From: Eledone cirrhosa
Lineage: Eukaryota
DNA: 64,000 bases
Direction: 5' to 3'
NCBI GenBank assembly: GCA_964016885.1
Contig: OZ024741.1
Span: 357,492,001-357,556,000, forward strand
The position numbers and the translations under genes are program-made. Below, piece after piece: positions 23,721 through 35,590 of this stretch (position 1 is the stretch's first letter; every line of letters begins with the position of its first letter). Below the pieces are notes generated by a model, which searched no databases, was not told the origin of the DNA, and saw only the letters and a program-made list of their open reading frames with translations.

Positions 23721-26653
23721 ACACCACCACTCCTACCACTGTTAGCCCACCCCCAGCACCACCCAACCTCTGTTCTAGTCCCACCGTTAGAATCAATGCT
23801 GCTTACCCTGCCTCTTTTACTAGTTCACTCCCTCACTCGAATTCCAATGCTGACCCTCTACTGTCAGTCACTGCTAGCTCACCACTTGATTGTGCTCTCT
23901 GTGCTTGCACCAGCTGGTACCTAAAGACAAATGTCGCCTGCACTACCAAAACTACCACAGGAGCTGTGTCAGCATCACCAAGGCTTGAGCCGAACGGCTT
24001 CAATACTGGACTGTAATAAGTGCCACTTTAGCTTTGACATACTTCGTGGAGACGTCCCATGCTTTGACGACCAGCTCTCTATCGAAAACTTTTCCGCAGC
24101 CCTCCAGGGTTTATCCAAATTGAAGCTCATCAACTGGATCCCTAAGGGAACCCAGAATAGCTTTGCACATACTGTCTCCAATCTATTGAAAAACATTTGT
24201 TTATCCAACAATGCATCTTACTGGCAGAAACTGTTTTTGTTCCCTCACATCTCTCTTCATGTGCACAATACGAAATCGGGTTTCCTCACGTCCTCTCTCA
24301 AGCAGAATTTCCAGCTCTTTGAGTCCACTCCAACCACTTCTCACCTCAGTTTGATATCAAGCTCGTTGCCTACCAACAGGCAACTGATAAACCCCAAGTG
24401 TGCGGTTAATGCCAGATTCAGCGAATTTGACATTAAAGAGGCTGTCCGTGTCTTCTCTTCCGTGTCCTCCCTTGCTCCGTGTAACTCTGATTCTCTTGAG
24501 CGACTGAAAGAGAAGCACCCATTGGCCCCCCAGATGATCAGTTACACTGGCCCCAAACCACCAGAATACTCGAGACCAGTCTACACCACTGATAACATCA
24601 GAAAGGCGATTTCATCCTTCCCCACTGGTTCAGGCGCAGGGATTGACGACCTTCAACCTCAACACCTCAAGGATGGTATCTCCTTATCAACCGGTGACAC
24701 TGGACTTAAGCTCTTGGAGAGTCTGACTCAGTTTGTGAATCGGTTCTCTTCAGTGAACGTTCTCCCCTATAACTGCCCACTTTTCTTCGGTGCGAAATTA
24801 GTCAGTCTCACTAAACCCAACGGATACCTGCACCACATTGCGGTTGGTTGCACCCTTCACCATCTCACCGCAAAGGTGTGTTTGCTATTGATCGCTGACT
24901 CACCCATCCAGCTAGGAGTGGGTCCCAAGCTGGGATGTGAGGCTGCTGCCCACGCTACCAGAGCCTTTACCAACTTGTCTGCCTTGTCCCTCAGCTCAGT
25001 AAGAGAAAAGGTCCCACAACTCTACCACTTTGCTTAGCAGGCTTATCGAGAACCCTCTTACCTCTCTTTTTGGTGACTAAATCATCACCTCTACCTCAGA
25101 GGTCCAACAGGACGACCCACTCAGGCCTGCTCTGTTTGCACTGGACATTGATGACATCACCAAGATGGGAGTTGAGTTGGACCTCAACGTCTGATATCTC
25201 AACGACGCTTGTTTGGGGGGGGGGACCTCCGGGTAAGGTTCTCGCCACTGCTAACAAAATGGTTGAGGAGCTTGGCTGTTGGGGTCTCCAGGTCAATAGC
25301 TCTAAATGGATCCTCAAACACCTGGCTTCTTAACATCAACAGACAATTGACCTGTTTACAGAGTCCTTCCCTTCCATTGCAGCCCCTCCCCTATCGGTTT
25401 GGTGTTCCTTGGGAGCCCCAATTACAGAACTTGCCTTCAAGTCAATCTTCCAATCGAAGATGGTTGGCCTTGAGCAGTTGCTGAAGAATATTGGAGCAAT
25501 CGAACCCCATCAAGTTTTTTCACACTCAGAAACTACCTTTCAATTCCTAAGCTTCTATATATGCTCAGGGTCAGCCCTTCTCACAGATTTCCATCCTGCC
25601 TCAAATGCTTCGACGACCTAATCTTCGAGATACTCGAGTGCTTGGTCAATGTCAGACTCTCTCCAGAGTCCTATGATCAGGTTGTGTTGCCCAAGCAATT
25701 TGGGGGTCTTGGTCTTCGTAAGTGTTCGTCCCTCTCTCTCCCCTGCTTCCTTTCCTCCACCCACACTTGCTCCACCCTGGTGAGCTCTCCAACATGGACT
25801 AGTTTCAATAGGGAGGTGTATGAAGTTCTCCAACAATGGAGTGAGTTGAGCTTGTCTGTTCCTGAAAAGGTGGAGGACAGTTGAAGTCAGAGAGCTTGGG
25901 ACAGCATAAGTTCGAAGGCCACCTTCGACTCCTTCTTCGACCAGTTGGATCAGTTTTCAAGGTGCCACTTGCTGTCTGCCAGTGCCAAATACTCAGGTGA
26001 CTGGGTTGATGCCCTACCTGGGGCTAATGTTGGTGGCTTACCTAGTTTGAACGAACTTTGTGTCTTCATTGCCTTCATAATGGGAGCTGACGTCTGTACA
26101 GGTCTGAAGTGTTGATGTGGCTAACCCCTCCACTCCACAAGCCTCCACGGTCTTTCTTGCCGCCTGAATGCCAGTTGCTTCATGCATCACACAGAGTTAA
26201 ACCTTATTCTCAAGAGAGCTTTGATTTAGGCATACATTCCCTCAATCTTGGAACCATCTGGGTTATCCAGAAGTGATGGGAAAAGACCTGACAGCCTTAC
26301 CCTGTGCCCCTGATCGAGAGGCAGATGCTTGAGGCATCACAGTTAGTGACTCTTTTGCTTCTTCCCACATCCTGGATGCTATGGTTAGGGCGAGAGTCAC
26401 AGCTTCCATAGCCGAATGGAACAAAATCCTAAAATACTGTGATCTTTCGACCAACTATATTTTCCAGCCTGTGGCATTCGAGATGTTTGGGGAAGTCTGG
26501 CTACTGACTGTGAGATTCCTATCTTCACTGGCGGCTCGTCTAACAGAGGTAACTGGTGAAGCTCACAAGGGTGGTTGGTTGTTCCAGCACATCAGCCTCA
26601 CCATCACCCGAGGTAACTCTGCGAGTTTGCTGGCTTGCCTCAAAAATCATTAG
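23721..26653 (+). mobile_element. CRE-clade (RT + restriction-like endonuclease) non-LTR retrotransposon, decayed
   Basis: SFPTGSGAGIDDLQPQHL, FFGAKLVSLTKPNG..IAVG, QLGVG..GCEA, VQQDDPL, YLNDA, LPKQFGGLGL, a CCHC knuckle (~26110-26190), GKRPD, FQPVAFEMFG and LFQHISLTITRGN. Multiple stops and frameshifts. Confidence 0.85.
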
Positions 26654-26867
26654 TGAGGTTTCCCAGTGCTCTTCGCGATACTATTATCTTTTGCTCTGGT
26701 AGCAGCTCATTTGTCCACTCCTTTCGCCTGCCTTTTGTTGTATGTGGTCCCAGATGTGTTTTTTTTTCTTTTCTCTTTCTTTTCCTCTCTTTTTTTTCTG
26801 TTTTCTCTCTCTCTTTTATTTATATTATATTTGTTTGTGCTTTCATTCTGTAAACATTATATTATTA

Positions 26868-27062
26868 TAGGGAGGTGGATTGACAGTATAGGTAGAGGGT
26901 CGGACGCCATGCTTTGCAGCATGGAGTTATGGGCCTTTACGATCTGAGTTCAAATCCCGCCGAGGTTAACTTTGCCTTTCATCCTTATGGGGTCGATAAA
27001 ATAAAGTACCAATAATGCACTGGGATAATTGCTGGCTTTGTGCCAAAAGTAGAAACAATTAT
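26868..27062 (+). mobile_element. tRNA-derived SINE, family A
   Basis: Full-length copy matching 45853-46033 and 58782-58972. Confidence 0.85.
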
Positions 27063-27869
27063 TATATCCCTTTTTATACAACAGGGAATAAAATCCAGTT
27101 TATTTTACCAGTAAAAAAAAACTTAGGTTCTTACATAAAATATTGATGGAAGATTTTTAGATAAGTATAAACATTTTAAAACAACCAACTTTGTATTGTA
27201 GAATGAGGTGCAGTTTCTGGCAATCTGGAACCAAGAGGGTTAAAAGTCTATCCGATATATAAATGGGTTGTAGCTGAAATTATCTCTGGTGATCAGTTTT
27301 AAACTCACAGTTCAGTAAATAAATGCTACATCATTTTAACTTTTTTCATTTTATCTACTGAATTAATTGGTAAATAACTTTCTTTGAAATCTATTAGACT
27401 CGAGACATTGCTTATCTAGTCTCGACATTCAAATTCACTTATCCATAAAATCTAGACTCACATACATGTCTAACCTGAATTAGACACTATTCTAAAACCA
27501 TTCAATGCTCTTATTTTCCATGGAATTAAACAGTGAATTAGGTAGGTTTCTTTTTGTTTTATGTTTTTGTTTTGTTTCATTTTGTTTGTTTGTTTTTTGT
27601 TATTAAAAAAAAAATCTTTTCAGTTTAAGTTGATAAAATGTGTTCACAGCTTAAATCTCATGTTTAGCTGCTGTTTATATGCAACATCTTTTTTGATAGA
27701 GATACTAAATGATTTTTATCTTCTTTTACTTGAAGGAATCTCATCTGATAGAAAGCAAGCAGCTTAAATGAGGTAATGATGTTATTTGGATTCCATCTCA
27801 TTCATATATTTTCTTTGAATAGAGGTAAAAATTTAGCAGAGTCAAACATTTTAAAACAAAGAGCTTTTG

Positions 27870-28290
27870 ATTCCTAAACTTCTATGTATGCTCAGGGTCA
27901 GCCCTTCTCACAGGATGTGGGAAGAAGCAAAAGAGTCACTCTCGGCCAGGGGCACAGGGTAAGGCCATCAGGTCTTTTCCCATCACAGTTGGATATTTGT
28001 TTCAGCTCTCTGCTGTACTTTGAGTTCAAGTTCCACCAAGGTCCATTTCATCTTCCATTCTTTCAGGTTTGATATAGAAGTTACTAGCCCTATTGCTGGT
28101 ACAGCCTTCTCTCCTTAATTAGCCTGTGGTATTTGAGATGTTTGGCGAAGTTCTTGTTATCACTGGCGGCTCACCTTACTGAGATGTCAGGTGATCCCCG
28201 TGAGGGTACCTGGTTACTTCAGCGCCTTAGCCTTGCCATCACAAGTGGTAATGCTGCGAGCATGTTGGCTTGCCTCAATGTGTGTAGTTA
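27870..28290. mobile_element. Second, rearranged CRE-type copy (fragments, one inverted)
   Basis: 27870-27913 matches ~25543-25587. 27914-27986 is the reverse complement of ~26272-26370. 28120-28280 matches ~26465-26643. Confidence 0.75.
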
Positions 28291-28704
28291 ACCCCTAAAA
28301 TGTAAGGTGTGGCCGATTGTCGCACTTGGTGGTGAATTGCTTCCCCTGCCTTTCTCTATTTTTTTCCTTTCCTTTATCATTATTGTTCAAGGAATTATAT
28401 TATTATATTTTTATACACGGTTTAGACATTATATTAGTAATGTTCTTCTGAACAAATTGTGAGCAATTTATAATGTTATTTACACATTTGTAATGTTATT
28501 TATGTATATATTTAAAACATATTTATGTTATTCAACTGTAAATTTATACAATTGTAAATAAAAATGCTGTCATATCTTGGATATTCAGCTGAATCAAAAG
28601 TGGGAAGTTATGTTATAAATAATATCTTAATAATGAAATAATTAATTATTTTAATAAATCTCTTCAAATTCTTCATTAATTAATAGAAATACAGTATATT
28701 TCAT

Positions 28705-29588
28705 TTAGCATTTGCATTACTCTATATTTACTATTGTATTTTCCAGGTAAAGGCTTTACCTCAGCATAAACGAACTAAGGAAAAAATTAGAAATAAGAGG
28801 GATCAGATGTTGTTTACTCAAGAGAAGGCTACGTTGGTATGGTCACGTGATGTGCATGAAAGACGACAGCTGTATAACAAAGTGCAGGGCAATAAAGATA
28901 GACGGTAGCTATGGAGTAGGCAGACCCAGAAAAACCTGGGACGAGCTGATAAATTCCGACTTCACACACTTACACCTCTCCAAGACAATGTCACTGGACC
29001 GAGACCTTTGGCGGTACTCAGTAATAGAGAAGACCTGCCTTACCTAAATACAAAGTAAAACCTACTACAATCAGTAGGCATCTCTAACAAAATACACCCC
29101 CGTCCCACCACCCCCACCCCATCCACACCGCCCCTGTCAATGTAAAGTTATGTTGGTGCCACAACATCCAGGCTGAAACAAATGAGATCGTGTAGGTGTC
29201 ACGACAAAAAAACACACAGTCCACGCTGTAATGTGGCCGTGTAGGCAACACGGTAAAAACCTCCCAGCCCCACACTGTAAATGTGGTTGGTGTTAGGAAG
29301 GGCATCCAGCTGTAGAAAACCCGCCAGACATTCCTATGCGAGCAAGACAATCACTCTTGCCTCAAGTGGGAAAACTCCCGTCCAAACCCATGCAAGCGTG
29401 GAACACGGACGTTAAACGATGATGATGAATTATTTCACATAATATTGAATCTATGAGATTTTGATATTATTTATTTTGAGAACAATACCTTAACATCAGT
29501 ATGATCAATGGCCAGTTACAGCCAGTTTAAACAGAAAGAGGTGAGAGAATTCTGGCCGGATAAGGCCGGTTTAAGTGCTAAAGAGTTA
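28705..29588. mobile_element. piggyBac-type MITE (family 1) split by an RTE insertion
   Basis: 28705-28768 plus 29428-29588 reconstitute the MITE seen intact at 52447-52673 and 57810-58038. Confidence 0.8.
28770..29427 (+). mobile_element. 5'-truncated RTE LINE with 3' tail
   Basis: RRLRWYGHVMCM..GVGRPRKTWDELINSD..DRDLWR, followed by the ccacactgtaaa repeat and a (gat)n tail. Confidence 0.8.
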
Positions 29589-30574
29589 TGGTAGGATATT
29601 CAGTCACTCTGCATTATAGGTAGTGTGCCAGAAGTATGAGGAGCAATGACATCACATGAGTGGAAAGGACCCTAGTAAAGGGTCTCACATGAAGTATGAG
29701 GAGCATTAACATCATTTGAGTGGAAGGGCATTACGGAAGAACCTCTTTTTTGGCTGGTTAACATAGCATGTAGACATATCTTGATGAGCTCTTATGGGGC
29801 CCAAGTATTTCTGATCAGAATCTAGGTGTGTAGGGTTTGCAGATTATCCCACTAGATAAGAACACTGCCAAGGTAAGGGAATTTACATTTCCCATCAACA
29901 GTGACTTTAAAACTCTCTTGCTGTAAACATGTACCATGTAGTGGTCGATGATGATGTTTCATTTTCCTCTAGATGTTTTTTTTGTTTTTTTTTCTGTTGA
30001 AACTCTTTAATAGTTGTCAAGACAGTCTAGACAGTTGAGTAGGCATTGAATGGAAAGGTTGGAAATCTTTTCAAAACTAATTTTTGTAATTGCTCTTGAA
30101 GGACAATGAGTACTTTTACAATAACAAAATTATGACGCTTTAATAATTCTTCTATTGCTTTATTCTTTTTATGGCCATGCTGTGGTACCACCTTCAAGGG
30201 ATTTAGTCAGTCATATTGGCCCTATTACTTCCTTTTTTTATAGTCTGGTACTTATTTTATCGATCTTGTTTTTGTCAAACCTCTAAGTAAACATAAACAC
30301 ATATACATGTGCACAAACAAACACACACACAAGATGGCATTCTGCTTGCCAAGTTTCACTCATAAAGTATGGTCAATCCAAAGCTATAATAGAAGACATT
30401 TGCTCAAGGTGCCATTCAGTGGAATTAAACCACAAACCACATGGAAGTAAACCCCAAACCATGTGGAACTAAACTCCTTATCCACACAGCCATGCCTATG
30501 CCTATGCATATAAATTTGAAAAATGTATAAAGTAATATGATCATAAAGTCTTTAGTTTTGATCAATATGAAGGA

Positions 30575-30810
30575 AAGCTAGTGGTAAGGGTGTTGGACTT
30601 ATGATCATAATGTCATGGGTTCGATTCCTAGGCTGGGTTGTGTGTTGAGTTCTTGAGCAAAACACATCATTTCACATTATATACTCAGCTGTAAATGAGT
30701 ACCAGCAATAGCTGGGGGTTTACCCTGTGGTGGACTGGCATCCTGTCCAGGGAGGAGTCTTGTACTCTCAGTCGCTTCATGCCATGAAATCAGGATAAGC
30801 ACTGGCCTTT
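30575..30810 (+). mobile_element. tRNA-derived SINE, family B
   Basis: ctagtggtaagg head, gggttcgattcc B-box and ggactggcatcctgtccaggg core. Reverse-complement homolog of 1330-1573. Confidence 0.75.
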
Positions 30811-31457
30811 AGACTTTAGTTAAATATGCTGCTAATATTTTGAGAGTGTTGATTAGAGTGTTGGAATAAATACCTCACAATATTTTTTTCCAGCTCTATT
30901 AGTTCAAATAACTTCATCCAAACACTGGAAAAAATGAGATGCTTCTGACAGGAATTGCAGCCAACAGTTAGTATCAGCTATGGAATGATAAAAGGAAATA
31001 TAGTTTCCTTGGTTCAACATGAGGAGTGGCTTCTTTCCTTCATCCATTTACAACATCCAGCTCTATCTTAATCAAAATTCTAGGTTTCATGCCTATATTA
31101 GATAGAAATCCATACTTTCGTAAATGTTACTGGGGTAAAAAGTCTGCCCAGCTATAGGTAAATTACAGATTAAATGATATATGTCAATGGAAATATTCTA
31201 AAAATATACAAAATATCTCCAATTTTAGACTGGGTGTCAAAATATCACAGTGTGTTTTATTTTAAAGTCTACCCAACTTTACAGAAGTATGAGGAATAGT
31301 GAAGGAAATGTAACCTTAAGCAACTCATCTCCCACTTCCAAATATTTCTTACATTGAGTTTTCAGACTCCACCCTTTTCTAGAAAATGCAAAAAAGTAGA
31401 AACTGTATACTATATACATTTTTCTTACATTTTTTTCTCTCTTTCAAAGGATTAGTA

Positions 31458-31718
31458 GTAACCCTTTCATTACAATATTTTTAATGAAAGATGCTGCCTA
31501 TGGTTTTAATATAATCAAGTATTTGAAGAGATTTAGTAAATATAACTAAATTTCCCATTTATTAAGTTGTACATTTGAAGCATAATTTAACGATGTTTCT
31601 TACATAAAATTATGATGGAAGATTTTTTAAATATCATAAATATAAACATTTCAAAACAAACAGATTTATATCATAGAATCAGGGTTAGTTTCAAGCAGTT
31701 TTCTACCAAAAGGGTTAA
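31458..31718. mobile_element. piggyBac-type MITE (family 2)
   Basis: (g)taaCCCTTT...AAAGGGttaa termini. Partial homologs at ~20790-20990, ~27120-27243 and ~62840-63000. Confidence 0.65.
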
Positions 31719-31845
31719 GGAATTTGTATCCCACTTCCAAGTATTTCTTACATAGAGTTTTCAAGCTCCACCCGTCTGTAGAAAATGCAAGAAGTGGAAA
31801 CTATACTATTTCCTTACATTTCCTCTCCTCCTCTATCTCTCTCTT

Positions 31846-31948
31846 ATACATATCTCCAAGGATTGGTTTATATATATATATATATATATATACATATCTC
31901 CAAGAATTGGTTTTTATATATATATATATATACATATCTCCAAGGATT

Positions 31949-31984
<36 letters not shown>

Positions 31985-32066
31985 CAAGGATTGGTTTTTA
32001 TATATATATATATATACATATCTCCAAGGATTGGTTTATATATATATATATGTATCCAAAGATTGG
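31846..32066. repeat. Minisatellite ATATCTCCAAGGATTGGTTT(TA)n, about 6 copies
   Basis: Repeated anchor separated by variable TA runs. Confidence 0.9.
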
Positions 32067-32779
32067 TAATAATAAGTAGCTAAAATTGCCCATTATGGTG
32101 TGCCTTCCATTTCTTTTCCCTTTACTAGGTATGCTATTTGGCTATGAAGGAAACTATAAAACAGCTAAAATAGATTTCATATTGAATATTCTCCTCTTTA
32201 GTAGACGGAGTATCTACAGGATTGGTCTAAGTGATACAGTTTCAATGCCCCCCTCCCCCACACTTTCTCTCTGATTGTTTTCCTGTATGAATAGGCTATA
32301 GTTGCATACATAGCTTCATGTAATGCACAATTACACATACATACAAACAAACAAACGTACATACATATATATATATATACATACATTTACATACATACAC
32401 ACATACTTACACACACGCACATACATGCATACATGCATACATACATACAAATACATACATATGATTACATACATTTCTGTGTGTATACACATAGATGATG
32501 ATGGTGATGATACATGTGCTTATAATGTCTAATATAATTATATATATATGTGTGTGTGTGTATTTATACACATACAAGCACACATACACATGCATATAGC
32601 TGGTGCCATTAACCAGGTCTGCAGTTGAAGCAAGGTCCCAGCAAGATGGAAGGTGATGTGATAGTGGAATGATCAGGTAGATAGTCATAAAAATAAAATA
32701 CAAACCTAGAGAAACTGGAGAAAAGGAGGAAACAGAAAGCAATACTAGATTGTTAGAAGTGAGGCCCGACACCAGCAAG

Positions 32780-33812
32780 GGGAGAGACAGAAAAGAAGCA
32801 GTTTGCCTATGTTCTATGTTATGAAGATCAGAGGCATGAAATGTTCTGGATTGCAAGACAGTGTGCTAGAGAAAATTTTGATTTGGTTGGGGAAAAGTGT
32901 GTCTGAAATGATAAAACACATGCCCTGTCTGATGCTAAAAAGAAAGAACCATGGAAGATTTACTATGAGAGACTGCTGAATGAAAAGAATAAATGGAATA
33001 TCGAGGAAATACCCCATATAGACCCAACTGAGCGATTAGCCATAAAAGTTGACAGTAGTGTGATAGATAAAATAATTAAGGACATAAAAGTAGGAAAGGC
33101 AGTTGGACTATCTGGTATAGTGGTTAAAAGCATATGGCATGGTAGTTTATGACCTAGTCATATGCATTGTTAATCAAGTAGTATAGAATGGTGCCATACT
33201 CAAGGACAGGTGCAGCAGTATCATTTTTAAATGTTACAAGGACAAAGGAGATGTATTAGGAAAAGGCAACTACAGAAGTATCAAGTTGACGGACCAGGTC
33301 AATAAAATTGCTGAAAGAGTTATGAACAACTAATTAGGAACAGAATCAAGTTAAATGAGATACAGTTTCAATTTATATCAGGCAGGGGTACTACCAATGC
33401 CCTCTTTCTGGTGAGACAACTACAGGAGACCCACTGTATCTAGCTGTTGTAGACATGGTCCCATGCTCTGTAATCTTGTGGGCACAGGAAGCTGAGTGTA
33501 AATGAATGACTTGTGAGGGCTGTTCAAGCCATATATAAAGGTGAGAGATCAGTGCAGAGGAGAAGGGAGTGCTGACAACAAGGTTCATTGCTCTATTTCT
33601 GTTTATCATTTGTCCCTCAGGCCATTGCTGAGGAGTTTGAAACTGGCACTCCATGGAAACTCCTGTATGCTGATGACCTAGTCCTTAGAGCTGAACCCAT
33701 GGGAGAGTTAGAAATGAAATTCCAATCATGGAAGAAAAACCTGGAGTTGAAAAGCATAAAAATAAACTTAACAAAGATGAAACTCTTAATAAGTAGGAAA
33801 GAAAGCAGGAGG
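32780..33812 (+). mobile_element. RTE-clade LINE internal fragment (RT region), heavily decayed
   Basis: CYKGQ..GNYRSIKL and EEFETGTPWKLLYADDLVL..KINLTKMK. Homologous to 39875-40400 (-) and 57240-57470. Confidence 0.8.
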
Positions 33813-34935
33813 GTGATACGCATGCACACACACACACACAGAGATATGCACACACACATACACACATATGCTCTCTCTCTCACACACATACACACACACA
33901 CGCACACACACATACACACACTCTCTCTCTCATACATACACACACACATGCCCTTTCTCTCTCTCTCTCTCACACACACATACACACACGAGCTCATACA
34001 CACACACAGACATGCACACAGAACCACAACACTCCTCAATAAGCGTGAAATACTTTTAGCATTTATTAACATATTTTTAACATGTATTAACACATTTTTA
34101 ACGTATTAGCACATGTACACAACACAAACAACTTGAGTCAATAAGCGAGTCTAGACGGGGTAGTTTGACCTTCTAGAAATAGCAGCCAAATCTCTTTCAA
34201 CTTGCTCACTACTATTTAACAAAAAAAAAAACATTGTATAATGTGGTCTTGAGTTTCTGGAAAAGTGATGCCTGGAACATTTTTTATCATAGGTCTGCTT
34301 AATTAGGGACAATATGGAATTAAACAGTAACAACAACAACAAAAATAACACACACACACACACTCACACATGCACATACATACGCACATGCACATGCACA
34401 TACACATATACAATCCATTCATGGACCTTTGTCTCCTGCTGGTGTTATAGTTGTGCTGTTATGACATACACCATGTCTTAGTCCTATAAATCGGTTGGGG
34501 CCTATCCCTCACCAGGGTTGAATATATACAATTTCTTCCAAAGAGGGATAGAGAGAGTGAAAGGGAGTGGGTATGAGAAAGAGATACGATATAGAGTAAG
34601 AATCAACCTCAGTACAGGACTGGTACTTTATTTATTAATCTCCAAAAGGATGAAAGGCAAAGTTGACCTTGGTGAGATTTGAATTCAGACAGAGCACAAA
34701 TCGAACCAAATCATTCTATCCAATGTTATAATGATTCTAAACCCCCCCCCCCTCTCACACACACACACCACCAACACACACACATGTAAAATATCATTAG
34801 TAACAAATATCTTACTGCAATAGTAGGGAAGAAGAAAGTCAGTTAACTTTGAACTCAGAATGTAAAGAACTGGGACAAATACTACAAGACATTTTGTCCA
34901 AGATTCTAAAGACTTTGCTAATCTACCATCCTAAT

Positions 34936-35095
34936 ATAATGGTTTCTGATTTAGGCACAAGGCCAACAATTTTTGGGGAGAGGGAAAGTCGATTAAATTG
35001 ACCCCAGTGCAATGCTGGTAATTTATTTTATCAACCCTGTAAGGATAAAAGGCAAAGTTAAATTCGGCAGGATTTGAACTCAGAACGTAAAGGAC
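34936..35095 (-). mobile_element. SINE family A-related copy
   Basis: Reverse complement of the family A core (aggataaaaggcaaagtta...gatttgaactcag). Confidence 0.7.
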
Positions 35096-35228
35096 CATAA
35101 CTCTATGTCCTTGTAAAATGATTTCTAATTTAGGCATAAAACCATAATAATCATATAAAGATCTAGAAATAGATAACATACAGAAGATAACACTACTGGC
35201 CATTCACTGTACATTACGTTGAGTACCT

Positions 35229-35457
35229 TTAACCCTTTAGCATTTAAACTGGCTGTATCCGGCCAGAATTCTCTCACCTCTTTTTGCTCAATCCGACCAT
35301 AACTGGCCACTCATACTGATGTTAAAGTATTGTTCTCAAAATAAATAATATCAAAATCTCATAGATTCGACAATATCTGAGATATTTATGTGAGGTAAAG
35401 CCTTTACCGTGAAAATACAATAGTAAATATAGAGTAATGTAAATGTTAAAGGGTTAA
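35229..35457. mobile_element. piggyBac-type MITE (family 1)
   Basis: TTAA-CCCTTTAGCATTTA...TAAATGTTAAAGGG-TTAA: terminal inverted repeats with a TTAA TSD. Confidence 0.9.
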
Positions 35458-35590
35458 AACAATAAAAACAGCAATGCCAAAACATAATACAAGAAGAAGA
35501 AGAACAATAACAACAACAACAACAAGAATAACAACAACAACAATAACAGCATCATCAACAACAACAACAACAATAACAACAAAACAGCAA

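Noticed and set aside
27735-27771. Possible 37-nt exon (AG...GTAATG)
   Set aside because: Stop codons in all three frames and no partner exons.
29630-29960. Possible CR1/Jockey-type LINE 3' remnant (also 49680-49930)
   Set aside because: Too decayed to support a family call by eye.
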